64,000 nucleotides of DNA from Candidatus Bathyarchaeota archaeon (GTDB taxonomy: Archaea; Thermoproteota; Bathyarchaeia; Bathyarchaeales; Bathycorpusculaceae). Numbering within the stretch: position 1 is the stretch's first letter; each line of letters opens with the position of its first letter. The notes below the pieces were generated by a model. That model searched no databases. It had not been told where the DNA came from and saw only the letters and a list, made by a program, of their open reading frames with translations. Both the position numbers and the translations under genes were made by a program. The DNA is taken from NCBI GenBank assembly GCA_963832745.1, contig CAWHVC010000002.1:64001-128000 (forward strand), written 5' to 3'. Shown here piece by piece: positions 42,840 through 53,293 of the stretch.

Positions 42840-44660
42840 ATGGTACAACAAATTCGTGGATCTCAATTCATAGTAACCTACGGGCCCGGATCAATAATTG
42901 AAGGAATAGAGGGCCCAAGGGTAATTCCTAGATCAGATATTGCACTATTTTCAAATTCACTTGTGCCGAAAAATTTTGCATTATCTGATCAAAGAATGTC
43001 AAAAGGTCTATTAGACGGCGCGAATATTTATCGACTGCCTTCTAATGCTGAACTCGGTAAACAAGATTCGATGCCTATTTACCATACAAAAGCTTTTCCA
43101 ACATGGAGACTTTGTCTTAATATTAATAACCATGCAGGACCTTTTTACATTTTACATCAAACTTTCAGCTGCCCTGTCTGTGCAGGCTTAAAGGATAATT
43201 CGCATTTTAGTAACCGTGGATCTGAACCTATACGGTTTGTTAGAGCCTGCTCGGCTGGTCACATGGATGAGGTTGATTGGGCGTATCTTGCACATGGAGG
43301 CGACAAAAGCTGTAGTAACCATAAGGTGTTTAATTGGTATGGCGGGGGAGGTTCTCTTTCCAAGGTTATAATTGAATGTCCCGAATGTAAAAGAAAATCT
43401 ATTACTCTTGGTAGAGCTTACGGGCAGGACTGGTATTGCTCGGGGCGTTATCCAGAGCGCGAACAGCTTGGAGACCGAGTTCAACCACCGTTTGACTGCA
43501 ACCGCAAAGCAAGAATTGTTCAAAGACAGGCATCTAATCTTCGAATACCTGAATTAAAAACGCTCTTTGCTATTTATCCACTTCATACAAAACTGCATGA
43601 ACATTTACAGGCTGATCCAATTTATTGGAATTTGATAAATAAAATTCCATCTGAAGCTGAATTTAGGCAATTGTTAAAAAACCTTGAGATTAAAGGTGCC
43701 GTTAAAAAGCAAGTAATCACTGAAATTCTTAACTGCCCTTGGCAAGAAATTCGGACCGCTATTGATGATATCCTTAGAGATATTCCCAGCTCATATCACG
43801 AACTTATAAAAGAGGAGTTTCAATCTTTAAATGAGGGATCTGTAAAAGGAATCCCGCCAATCAGGGGACCGACACCAAAGTCACCTGTACTCATTGAAAT
43901 TAATCCCAAGTTAGTTAATCCCTGTCATGGTCCGAATAATACCTCTTTTAGAATCACGCCTGTACTTACCCTTACAACAGTAACTGTGCAAACGGGGTAT
44001 CGCCGTGAGGTTTATACTAAGAGCTTGCCCACCCGAGGTTTAGCAGAACTTGTAGATATTTCATTCCCTGACCCCTTCGACGATAGTAAGAAATGGTATC
44101 CTGGTGTTCAATATCTTGGTGAAGGCATTTTTATAACATTAGAAAACGCAAAGACATTCATATCAAATAGCAATGCTGTAAAAGCTTGGATGAATGCCTC
44201 CGATAATAATTCATTATATCCAGATCACGTATTTAGAGACCAACTGTTTAAAGAAGAACTACACCCGGGCTTTGTTTGGTGGCATACTCTTAGCCATCTT
44301 CTCATCAGAGAAATTGCGTCAGAAGCTGGATATTCATCTTCAGCAATCAGAGAAAGAATCTATCTCGAAAACACAGACATGGCCTGCGGCGGAGGTATAC
44401 TACTTTACGCAACACAACCCGGTAGCGAAGGAACACTTGGTGGTTTAACAGCACTTGTTCCTCATTTTCAAGAAATGCTTGACAATGCATTTAACCAGCT
44501 TCAATCTTGCTCTTCTGACCCTTTATGTGTTCAGCATACTTTCAAACTCGGAGATTACAATGGTGCTGCTTGTTATGGCTGTTTGCTTTTATCGGAAACT
44601 TCATGCGCCCACCGTAACATGTGGCTAGACAGGAACATTATTTTGGAGAACTTGCCTTGA
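42840..44660 (+). CDS. drmB: DISARM DrmB (DUF1998)
   Basis: SQFIVTYGPGS, HTLSHLL, GYSSSAIRER, GTLGGL, CSSDPLC, AACYGC...ETSC. Confidence 0.92.
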   Translation: MVQQIRGSQFIVTYGPGSIIEGIEGPRVIPRSDIALFSNSLVPKNFALSDQRMSKGLLDGANIYRLPSNAELGKQDSMPIYHTKAFPTWRLCLNINNHAGPFYILHQTFSCPVCAGLKDNSHFSNRGSEPIRFVRACSAGHMDEVDWAYLAHGGDKSCSNHKVFNWYGGGGSLSKVIIECPECKRKSITLGRAYGQDWYCSGRYPEREQLGDRVQPPFDCNRKARIVQRQASNLRIPELKTLFAIYPLHTKLHEHLQADPIYWNLINKIPSEAEFRQLLKNLEIKGAVKKQVITEILNCPWQEIRTAIDDILRDIPSSYHELIKEEFQSLNEGSVKGIPPIRGPTPKSPVLIEINPKLVNPCHGPNNTSFRITPVLTLTTVTVQTGYRREVYTKSLPTRGLAELVDISFPDPFDDSKKWYPGVQYLGEGIFITLENAKTFISNSNAVKAWMNASDNNSLYPDHVFRDQLFKEELHPGFVWWHTLSHLLIREIASEAGYSSSAIRERIYLENTDMACGGGILLYATQPGSEGTLGGLTALVPHFQEMLDNAFNQLQSCSSDPLCVQHTFKLGDYNGAACYGCLLLSETSCAHRNMWLDRNIILENLP

Positions 44661-45133
44661 CAGAAGCTGAAATAATTGGAACTGGTGTTGAATTTCTTCG
44701 AACCGGAATAATGGGCATGGAACCCACCATTATATCCTTGATTACCGAAGCTACTACTGAAATTCAAATAATGGCTTACGTATTTACTGAAAGTGCGCTT
44801 CCGATACTTAATTTACTTGAAAAACAAGCTTCCAAAGGTATACTGATCACAATAATAGTTAACGATCTTAATTCGCAAAGACGAGTGATAGTATCAAAAC
44901 TAAATGAAATAACAAAATATCCAAAAGTCAAGATAGTTGATTTTGTTGATAAAAGAAAAAGGCAATTGCATGCGAAGGTTCTGGTTATCGATAGAATGAA
45001 AGCCTTAGTAGGTTCTGCTAATTTTACTTGGGGCGGTATGCTAACAAATTATGAGGTCGGGATAAAAGTGGAAGGAGAACTGGCTTGGAAGCTGGCTAAA
45101 CTTGTAGATTCATTAGCTTATCAAGATACATGA
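44621..45133 (+). CDS. drmC: DISARM PLD nuclease DrmC
   Basis: LHAKVLVID...GSANFT...NYE. Confidence 0.85.
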   Translation: MARQEHYFGELALTEAEIIGTGVEFLRTGIMGMEPTIISLITEATTEIQIMAYVFTESALPILNLLEKQASKGILITIIVNDLNSQRRVIVSKLNEITKYPKVKIVDFVDKRKRQLHAKVLVIDRMKALVGSANFTWGGMLTNYEVGIKVEGELAWKLAKLVDSLAYQDT

Positions 45134-45203
45134 TTTCTTTAAATAGAATACAGATAACTTTTCCATTCTAAGCAACCTGACCGTTAGTGAGCAAATTGCT
45201 ACC

Positions 45204-45340
45204 TGCAAGGGTTTCAGAAGATTGGCGGGTAGAGAAAGAGACTGCTTGTTGTTATTTTGTATTGTTTTATATCTGATGATTAGCCAATTTACAGCAAACT
45301 TCTTTCTACTATACCTTATTTATTGAAGGCCTTTTACAAA
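45204..45340. repeat. dispersed IR-bounded repeat, copy 1
   Basis: agaaagagactgctt...ctgatgattag...ctatacc...tttattgaaggcctt, shared with 49938-50082. Confidence 0.85.
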
Positions 45341-45388
45341 CATTAATTTTTTAACTTTACAATTGAGAAAACGGTAAATAGAGAATGC

Positions 45389-45970
45389 GTGAAACAGTTA
45401 ACCATGGTTAATATATTTGGGTATGGTGAGGATGCCTTAACCTTATGGCTGCTGAAAAATCAATCGGAAGTAATTCTTCAGCGATTCAATGATAAAACTG
45501 AGCTTTCTGATTGCCTCGCGTTTTATCGGCCGAGCTTTGGCAGAAGCGGTGGTCCCGGAAATGCTGAATTCGGTGAGTTCGATGCTATCTTGGCATCCAA
45601 AGAAAAAATCTACCTGATCGAGAGCAAGTGGGACAATCATCGACAGACTAGCGGGACTGAACTCTTTTTGCGACCTGAACAAATTGAGCGCCATGAGGTA
45701 TTCAGGTGGTATCTGTGTAATTGGAATAAATCTGACCAAACTGCATTCATCGAAGGAAAGAAGATAGCTCCGTCAGACAGTCTGCTATTTAGGAATCTCC
45801 AACATATCCTGAGCCATTTGGCCCAGTGCTGCCCGAACTCTGGAAACCTTGATCACATAAAGAATGTCTTGCTTTACTTCCATGGGTCTAAGTCAAGTCC
45901 GCCCCAAAAAGTCTCAGAAGGGTTCACAATTGTGCCTATAGAATACGAGGGTAATTATGTCGACCTGTGA
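45389..45970 (+). CDS. PD-(D/E)XK nuclease-like protein
   Basis: FGEFDAIL.....YLIESKW. Confidence 0.6.
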   Translation: MKQLTMVNIFGYGEDALTLWLLKNQSEVILQRFNDKTELSDCLAFYRPSFGRSGGPGNAEFGEFDAILASKEKIYLIESKWDNHRQTSGTELFLRPEQIERHEVFRWYLCNWNKSDQTAFIEGKKIAPSDSLLFRNLQHILSHLAQCCPNSGNLDHIKNVLLYFHGSKSSPPQKVSEGFTIVPIEYEGNYVDL

Positions 45971-46047
45971 AAAGTTGAAAAATCGGTGTTTCCCAAAAGA
46001 GATAAGACTGACAAGCAGGTTAGCATTTGAGGAGGTTATGGTGACGC

Positions 46048-46632
46048 GTGTGGAAATATGGAACCTTAACTAATGAAGAACAGCTTCGAGTGAGAATGAT
46101 TGTTGATATGAGCCTTGGTTGGTCTGCGATGATGCGTGTATTTGAGAAAGACTCAAAAACAACAATAAGCAAAAAAATAATGGCCGACTTTCTTGAGAGA
46201 ATTTTCAACTGCGAATCAAAGCTCGAGTTCGACAAGCTGCATAATGAGTTTTGTGAATGGGGAACAGCGAACATTAGGCAGACAAGATCCAAAGAAAAGG
46301 CAAGTTATGGGCAGATCGCAAAGACTCTGGATGTTCTCCTGAAAGTAGCAATTTATTATTGTCATCTGCCGGATTGTCAACGAAGCAAAGAACTCTGTGG
46401 CTTGGTCAATGCTGCTGTAGATAATGCGATGATGAAAGACCTTAGAAAGCAATTCAGCATCAAATCTTCAAGTTGGCCTGATTCCTTAAAAGACGTCGGC
46501 AAGGCAGATTACTTAAGAATCCAGAAGTCGGTTAAAGAGTCCATAAGATTGAGCCATAATGATTCAATCAGCTGTCCCGAATGGGATGATATTCACTGGC
46601 AAATGGCAAACAATAAGTCAAAAGGGCAATAG
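46048..46632 (+). CDS. hypothetical alpha-helical protein (glycosylase-like motif pattern)
   Basis: SYGQIAKTLDVLLK...AAVDN. Confidence 0.5.
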   Translation: MWKYGTLTNEEQLRVRMIVDMSLGWSAMMRVFEKDSKTTISKKIMADFLERIFNCESKLEFDKLHNEFCEWGTANIRQTRSKEKASYGQIAKTLDVLLKVAIYYCHLPDCQRSKELCGLVNAAVDNAMMKDLRKQFSIKSSSWPDSLKDVGKADYLRIQKSVKESIRLSHNDSISCPEWDDIHWQMANNKSKGQ

Positions 46633-46885
46633 AATAAAGTGCTTAAAAATCGACGATAAGTGGCTCAAGCTAATATTTGCACAAAGAAAGGGATGGGAAA
46701 TCAGACGTACACCAACAAACTTCAGGGCAAAATAGCCCTCGGAAACACCAAGACCAAGAATTATGAAGGCTATGCCACAATCATTGATTGCAAGGAAATC
46801 AGCGTCAATGACCTGAAAAGGTCTGGCGATAAGCACCAAGCCTCGTCGAAACCTTTATGCGGTAAATGGGGCAATAACTGAGGGC

Positions 46886-48122
46886 ATGCCGAAAAATAAG
46901 ATTGTGAATGTGCAGGCAATCAATCAGATAAATGATAATAAAAAACTGAATGCTAAACAAAAAAAGGTCATCATTGAAAATTTTGGTAAACCTTCAGATA
47001 CACCTGATGAATTTCTCAATTCTTTCTTCCCAGCCAGCCAAGAACAATTTCTTGAAGGATTTGGATTTTTTCCGTTTGCAGTAAAAGAAGACGCCCTATG
47101 CTTCCTGATAGATCTGCAACTTGCTGAAAGGATACATTCATTGCCTGTAGAGACACGCTACCGTAATTTAGCATTATCTTATTTGCAGCAATCGAAGAAA
47201 AGAGAAAATAAGTACGCCCTTGTTGGAAGAACCATAAGTAAATTATGGACCCAATCTTCTAAAAACCCCCGTATGTTAAAAAATTCTCCCAAGTTTGAGA
47301 AAGTATTGCAGAACATTCCCGATATGAAATACCGAGATCATTTTATTCACTCCCTCTATGTTTTTCTTATGGGTCACTACATAATAAACCGGCTAACTGA
47401 AAGCCATGATTTCAATTCTACCGATGTCAATTTAACCTGGATGCTCACGTCTACTTTTCATGACATTGCTTACCCAATCGAAAGGATACATCCCTTGCTT
47501 AATTCTGTTCTTGGATATTTTATGGGAACCAAAACTAAAAACTATATTGACATAAAAGCAATTTTGCCTGAGATTTACTACGATTTTATGAGACACATTT
47601 GTTCTTTTAACCAAAATCCGATTGTAAGAGCGCATTCTATTGACATTCGATCGTACGATTTGCCCTTATACAAGAGACTCAAACTTGAGTTAATCAAAAA
47701 AAATCACGGAGTACTCAGTGCACTAATTCTGGCGAATGATTTGGCAGTTAGACAAAGATTTCTCAATTATGGAGATGGTGAGAATTTCTTCAATATGCAT
47801 TTACCCGCTTGTCATGCTATTTGTTTACATGCAATAAAGGAAGAGAGAATAAATTTTGAGACACATCCATTTGCTTTCCTTTTGGTTTTATGTGATGAAC
47901 TTCAGGATTGGGGTAGACCATCTCAGCAGGAAGCTAGAAATAATATTTGTAAAAGATATTGAAGTAAAAAGCCAAGAAATCCCAGAAATTCATTTTACTA
48001 TTTATGCATCTCCGGGGAAGCGAGAAAATCTAATAAAAGTTTTATCGACGCGCCTTGTTACCTCATCAAAAATAAAGATTTTTATTAATGAAGTTGAAGG
48101 TAGTCAAATACTTTCTCTTTAA
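46886..48122 (+). CDS. HD-domain phosphohydrolase, frameshift near 47935
   Basis: YRDHFIHS, FHDIAYP, NHG, LCDELQDWGR. Confidence 0.75.
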
Positions 48123-48492
48123 TATAGATTCTCAAGGCTCATATGAACATGTTTTCATACTTTCTTCAGTTGCCCACTCTGGCATTTGAAGCCATGATTT
48201 TTTCAAATAATATCAATTTTTTAATTTTATAGTTGCTACTAATGAGAGAGCTTTCTTTTTTTTCAATTTTTGTGCTCTTGAATCGGAAAGGTAATCCTTA
48301 AAGTAGGTGTTTACTATAAATAAAAAAAAGTTAAGTTATGGCAGCAAACATGCCCTCAAAGCGCCTTTTGTCAGAGCTTTCCCTTTTCAAGCTCAGTTAT
48401 TTCGGCTGGTTTCCGCGCCTGTCACCTGAAGGCTTGCCTGTCGTGCTTGGATAGTTTGGGGCCTTTACTTTTGCCCAAATCTTTCACTCTTG

Positions 48493-48750
48493 TTACAGTT
48501 CAAAAATGAATTGGTTGGTAGAACTATCTTTTTGAACGCTTGTCAATCTTAATTCTCGAACTAAACTAACACTATAAGCGTTCTGTAACTTTTGACCTCT
48601 GAGCACTTCACAAATCAAGGGCATTCTGCTCTTTAGTCTCATTCGATTGTGAACTTCACCTGATACTATGGTCAATTCTTTTGTTCCTGAAGCTTTCGCC
48701 GGCTTGAAATAGTTATTAAAGATGTATTGCCTTACTTCTTCGGCTGACAT
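48493..48750 (-). CDS. small hypothetical protein
   Basis: 85-aa ORF (TIVSGEVHNRMRLKSRMPLICEVL). Confidence 0.6.
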   Translation of the reverse strand: MSAEEVRQYIFNNYFKPAKASGTKELTIVSGEVHNRMRLKSRMPLICEVLRGQKLQNAYSVSLVRELRLTSVQKDSSTNQFIFEL

Positions 48751-48830
48751 TGATAACCCTTGAGCCTCTATTCCAATGTTTAAGTATAAGTAATTTGGCT
48801 TAAGGAAATCTGCGCCTTAAGCTATAAGCT

Positions 48831-49823
48831 ATGATGCCTAATGGGATAAGCATTAAAAGCGATATAGCGATATCCAGCTTAGGGGATACCGCATTGGTAA
48901 ATTTGCTTATTCCATACCGCCCAATGATTAAACATAGAGATCCGTTACTTGGAGAGTTTACATACGGTGACAGTAATGCCCGAGCTCAAAAGCTAAAAAA
49001 GGATCTTCAAAAAGGTGATTACGTTTTCTTTCACACTACAATCAGAGGGTTGAGGTATATTACTGCTTATTACGTAATTGACAGAGTTCTTGATACTGCT
49101 GTAGCTGCTTCTAATCAGGACATCGCCAGTAAATACAAAAATCCTCACATCATAGAATACCTAAAAGGAAAACGGCGTGAGGAAGCTGATGTTGTTATTT
49201 TTGGGGATCCGATTCTATCGCAAGAACTAAAAAGACCTTTGCCGTTCACCCAAGAACTTGCAATGAAACTCTCGCTTGGAATTGAGTTTAAGAAAGAGTT
49301 TACAGAGAATCAATGTATTGGCTCTTCAACACGTTCATGGAGAGTTTTAGAGAAAAGTGATGTTAAAGTACTCAAGGAAGAAATCTTGAATATTAAAGAA
49401 ACTATTTCAAAGGATACTATCATATCAACTGATGAAGTAATGGAAATCTTGGAAGCAGACCTTGAAGGGTTTATCGTCAGCAATCCGCAAATATTAGGAA
49501 CCAAATTAAAACTTGAAAAAAAACAAGAGCCCACCCAAGATGGAAGAATTGACCTAGTTTACAAAGATGAAACTGATAATTTTGTCATAGTGGAACTTAA
49601 ACTCGGAAGTATCGGGACAGCCGCTTTAAACCAATTAAGAAGATATATTCATTGGTACAAAAATCAGACGCATAAAGAGGTTAGAGGCATTATCGTTTGC
49701 AAGGATATTATGCCAGCGTTCGAAGAAAATTATGGAAAGCTAACAGATATCAAAGTACTCTGCTATGGGTGGAAACTCGCTGTCTATCCGTATACCTTTA
49801 CACTACGCCGCAGTGAAGGCTGA
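48831..49823 (+). CDS. Nmad3-like (nucleotide-modification-associated) domain plus NucS/EndoMS-type nuclease domain
   Basis: HRDP...FTYGD...GDYVFF; EADLE, GRIDL, VIVELK, ALNQLRRY. Confidence 0.7.
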   Translation: MMPNGISIKSDIAISSLGDTALVNLLIPYRPMIKHRDPLLGEFTYGDSNARAQKLKKDLQKGDYVFFHTTIRGLRYITAYYVIDRVLDTAVAASNQDIASKYKNPHIIEYLKGKRREEADVVIFGDPILSQELKRPLPFTQELAMKLSLGIEFKKEFTENQCIGSSTRSWRVLEKSDVKVLKEEILNIKETISKDTIISTDEVMEILEADLEGFIVSNPQILGTKLKLEKKQEPTQDGRIDLVYKDETDNFVIVELKLGSIGTAALNQLRRYIHWYKNQTHKEVRGIIVCKDIMPAFEENYGKLTDIKVLCYGWKLAVYPYTFTLRRSEG

Positions 49824-49937
49824 TAGTAAAGAATTGTGTGCGACCAAGCCAGCTTGTTCACTTTTTGCCAATTAGCAAGAAAGAGGAGACTGGCGAATTA
49901 TGCCTCGACACTTTTTCCGATTCCCACAATAAAAAAC

Positions 49938-50082
49938 GTTTGTAAGGCTTTCAATCGATTAACCGGTATAGAAAGAGACTGCTTATGATTATTTTATTTT
50001 GTTTTATATGTTCTGATGATTAGATAATTTACTGAAGACCTGCCTGCCTCCCTCTATACCCCCTCATTTATTGAAGGCCTTC
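49938..50082. repeat. dispersed IR-bounded repeat, copy 2 (most complete)
   Basis: Ends aaggctttcaat / attgaaggcctt; inner ggtatag / ctatacc; AT-rich core. Confidence 0.85.
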
Positions 50083-50175
50083 AACTTGTTCTATGTCAAG
50101 GGATTTTCGAGGCAGTCATTAAGCGTAAACTCTATAAGATACTTAGTATTTTACAAAATCTATGGAGTTAAAAGT

Positions 50176-50478
50176 TTGGGGCGTACTATTGGTATTGATG
50201 ATAAGACTTACAAGGAATTGGTCAGGGTTACCGCTGAGTTAATGCAGAAATCAGGCGAGCAAGTCGCGCTCAGTGATGTCCTGCGACTCTCTGTATTTCT
50301 GCTTAAAGGGTGTCTCTCAAATTACCCAGAGCTTGAAAAGCAAATCCTGAACCAAATCAGCTTTGAGGACCAGCAACCATCAACAAAAGACTTACTTTCA
50401 AAAGATATAACGCCTGAGTGGTTTGGCAAAGACTTTCTGGACTGCATCTTTGGCGTGGGAGATGAAAGAGGTGCTTAA
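50176..50478 (+). CDS. ribbon-helix-helix-like protein
   Basis: GRTIGIDDKTYKEL...LSDVLR; TTG start after ggag. Confidence 0.6.
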   Translation: MGRTIGIDDKTYKELVRVTAELMQKSGEQVALSDVLRLSVFLLKGCLSNYPELEKQILNQISFEDQQPSTKDLLSKDITPEWFGKDFLDCIFGVGDERGA

Positions 50479-50761
50479 TTTGGAGGACAAAACCAGAGCG
50501 CTTGAAAATAAATTAGACGACCTTCTATACGAGGCACGCAAACTAGAGGAAGGCGATGCAAAGAGGCTTATTGAGCAAGAGATCCGAGAAATATTCAATG
50601 TGCTGCAAAACTTTTATGCCGGCAATAATTGGCATCCTGTAAACTTCAAACAGGCTATGGAGGATCATTCGGAGCGTAAAATGACTATCAGTTGCATAGA
50701 GCTAACAATGAAACATGATATCGCCGGAAATGTTTTAGATTGGATGTCAAGAGGGAAATAA
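50462..50761 (+). CDS. hypothetical protein
   Basis: ORF coupled to its neighbours; coiled-coil N-terminus. Confidence 0.5.
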   Translation: MKEVLNLEDKTRALENKLDDLLYEARKLEEGDAKRLIEQEIREIFNVLQNFYAGNNWHPVNFKQAMEDHSERKMTISCIELTMKHDIAGNVLDWMSRGK

Positions 50762-50762
50762 T

Positions 50763-51110
50763 GTGCCAAGCGCGTTTCAGACGGCTTATCAAAGCAAGAG
50801 TAAAATGCTGGAGGATGTGCGGCTTTTATTGGGGCTAAGCAGAGAGGAGTTGGTTTCAACTTTGACGTTGTTGGAGAAGGCGGACTATGGAAGTCTGCAG
50901 TTTGCTCGGGGGCGTACAGGAATTCGCTTTCAAAGCTTTCCATCAACGCATTCCGTTTACAGTGATGTTAGCGTGGAAATAGAGTCGGCGGGAGAGGGTG
51001 TTAAGCAGACAGTGGAATATCAGATTCCCCGATCAGTGCTTAAACTATTTAGAAGAGCGAAAAAAGACAAAGTGCAAGATGGCTTGAATAGCAAAGCGGT
51101 AAAAGTCTGA
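50763..51110 (+). CDS. hypothetical protein
   Basis: 115-aa ORF in the same apparent operon. Confidence 0.45.
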   Translation: MPSAFQTAYQSKSKMLEDVRLLLGLSREELVSTLTLLEKADYGSLQFARGRTGIRFQSFPSTHSVYSDVSVEIESAGEGVKQTVEYQIPRSVLKLFRRAKKDKVQDGLNSKAVKV

Positions 51111-51189
51111 TACTGCTGGAGAGACAAATGTTACGAGTTTAATGGTTGAAAGATTATTTTGCCGCAATGTGGGCAGTTAATGATTCTTA

Positions 51190-51696
51190 CTATTCTATTA
51201 TTATTTTCCTGACAAGGCCTAAGAGTTCAAGTGTACAACCATAGTCCTGTGGTCGAGTAAACATGTTTTCTTGTGCAATTTCTTTTGTTCTCATTTCTTG
51301 ATATCTTGGAAGAAGGTGAAAATGGAAATGTTCGGTTGTGTTTGGCAATTTCTGCCCCCTTTTCCATTCTGAATTAATCTCCTTAGGTTCCCAGTGTTCG
51401 CACATAGTCATAACATATACTTTCTCGGCTTTTAGCGATTTTTTTAATTTTTTTGTTGTTTTAACTAAAATTTCCCCGAGACTTCTTGATTCTTCTTCAG
51501 TTAGCTCTGTAATGTCATTTGCATCTCTTTTTGAAATAATTAATGTATGTCCTGTAACTTTGGGATGCAAATCTAAGATTACAAAGAAATGCTCGTTTTC
51601 GCCAACCCAGCGATTCTCTCCTCCATTCCCTTCCCTGAATTTCTTCAGGTCTTTTGCCATATCACAAAATACACAAGATTCAGAATGCATTTGCAT
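51190..51696 (-). CDS. HIT-family hydrolase
   Basis: CVFC, HPKVTGHTLII, HFHFHLLPR; start at the MQMHSESC Met. Confidence 0.88.
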   Translation of the reverse strand: MQMHSESCVFCDMAKDLKKFREGNGGENRWVGENEHFFVILDLHPKVTGHTLIISKRDANDITELTEEESRSLGEILVKTTKKLKKSLKAEKVYVMTMCEHWEPKEINSEWKRGQKLPNTTEHFHFHLLPRYQEMRTKEIAQENMFTRPQDYGCTLELLGLVRKIIIE

Positions 51697-51707
51697 CAAC
51701 ACTCTTG

Positions 51708-52133
51708 TTAAAATGAAGCCCCGCAATGAGGACATTTTTCTAATGTTTCGATATAAGTGTGTTTGCAGTAAGGACAACGAACTTTAACAATTACTTCTTT
51801 TTCTTTAATGATTTCTCGGATAGAAACAATGTTAGGCGATTGTTCAGACGTATTTGTTTTCGTTATAGCCAACTTTTGCCAAAATTCAGGTTCATACTCT
51901 TTTTTAAGCAAGTCTTTCCCCTTTCCATCCATATTTGAGTTGACAAGTTCAGCACCTACAAGTTCTCCCATGCTGTAGTGAAGGAACCATTTTGCTTGGC
52001 AGTTTTGGCACAATAAATTACTTTTACGAAATCCAAAAGATTTTTTCATCGAATTTTCTTTACCACAGAAAGGACACTTTTGGAAACTATTCTTTAATCT
52101 GGATTCGAATAACTCATCCTCAAGTCTACCCAT
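51708..52133 (-). CDS. multi-zinc-ribbon protein
   Basis: CPFC..CQNC; CPYC..CPHC. Confidence 0.7.
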   Translation of the reverse strand: MGRLEDELFESRLKNSFQKCPFCGKENSMKKSFGFRKSNLLCQNCQAKWFLHYSMGELVGAELVNSNMDGKGKDLLKKEYEPEFWQKLAITKTNTSEQSPNIVSIREIIKEKEVIVKVRCPYCKHTYIETLEKCPHCGASF

Positions 52134-52493
52134 TTTCTAAATCGAGCCCACTCGCTTCTATGATAATTCTAGAATTCTAATAAGTTTTGCGAAACCGCTG
52201 ATATTGATAATTAAAACCTTTAGAACCAATTAGCTGTAAATACATTGTTTACCGATCTAAAGAGATGAGTGGTCAACTTTTCCTTGTTTAAAAATGAACG
52301 CTTGCGAGTGATGCCTCGACAGCTTTATGAGCTTGAATCGGAACATCTGCTCTTTTCAAATCCTTGCTCATGGATGACTAAAGAAGTCTTGTCTTGATTG
52401 GTGAATTTAAATTGTTAGCTAAAATGAGGTATACACGGTTGGGGCAAAGGTCTGTCGCCAGTTGCCCCCTATGGAATAAGAATGCTTCTAAAT

Positions 52494-52583
52494 TTATATT
52501 ATTTTTTTTTATGTTCTGATGATTAGCTTATTTATTTAAAACCTATTCGTTTCCTAATATACCCCCAGTTTATTGAAGGCCTT
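52494..52583. repeat. dispersed IR-bounded repeat, copy 3 (right part only)
   Basis: tatgttctgatgattag...tataccccc..tttattgaaggcctt. Confidence 0.8.
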
Positions 52584-52681
52584 TATGCCCGAAATCAACG
52601 TACATCGTGCGGGCAATGCTTTCTTGTTAACACCACAAATTACTTATCTCTAAAATGTCATAAAGAGCCGTGTGATGGCTA

Positions 52682-53293
52682 ATGGTAAATTATCCTCCAT
52701 ATGTCGACGCTTATGGAAAATTAGAAACTCTTTTCGAGAAAATAAAAGAAGCTGAGGTTCCTGTGAAAGTTACAAACGATTTCTTGCAAACAAAACTCGG
52801 CTTGAAATCCACGAGTTATAGAGCGATGATTCCGCTCATGAAGAGATTGGGTTTTATTGACGAAGCTAACGTTCCGACAGAGGAATATAGACAATATCGA
52901 GATGACAGTCAGTCGGGAGCTATTATGGCTCAGCAGATCAAAGGAGCTTACAAGGATCTTTTTGCTGCTAATGAATATGCGTTTAAATTGAATAAAGACG
53001 ATGTAACAGCAAAACTCAACACAGTTTTAGGAACTCCGGCAAACGACCCAATTACGCCTAAAGTCGCTAGCACCTTTTTAGCCCTATGCGCTTTGGCTGA
53101 CTTTGAAGGGAAAGTTTCGTCACTGCCGAAAACTCGAGAGAATATTGGAAAACCTAATGAGGGCTTTTCACAAGTTGCACTCCCAAGGCTTGGACTCTCT
53201 TACACTATTAACTTGAATCTTCCGGCTACCACTGAAATTGAAGTTTTCAACGCTATTTTCAAGGCTCTTAAGGAGAATCTGCTTAGTGAATAA
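52682..53293 (+). CDS. DUF5343-like protein
   Basis: PPY...KIKEA..P...T.DFL...LG; LSYTINLNLPAT....VFNAIFKAL. Confidence 0.75.
   Translation: MVNYPPYVDAYGKLETLFEKIKEAEVPVKVTNDFLQTKLGLKSTSYRAMIPLMKRLGFIDEANVPTEEYRQYRDDSQSGAIMAQQIKGAYKDLFAANEYAFKLNKDDVTAKLNTVLGTPANDPITPKVASTFLALCALADFEGKVSSLPKTRENIGKPNEGFSQVALPRLGLSYTINLNLPATTEIEVFNAIFKALKENLLSE

Noticed and set aside
50012-50023. CTGATGA as a C/D-box sRNA or TIGR-like motif
   Set aside because: No properly spaced partner box, no tandem array, and no Nop-domain gene nearby
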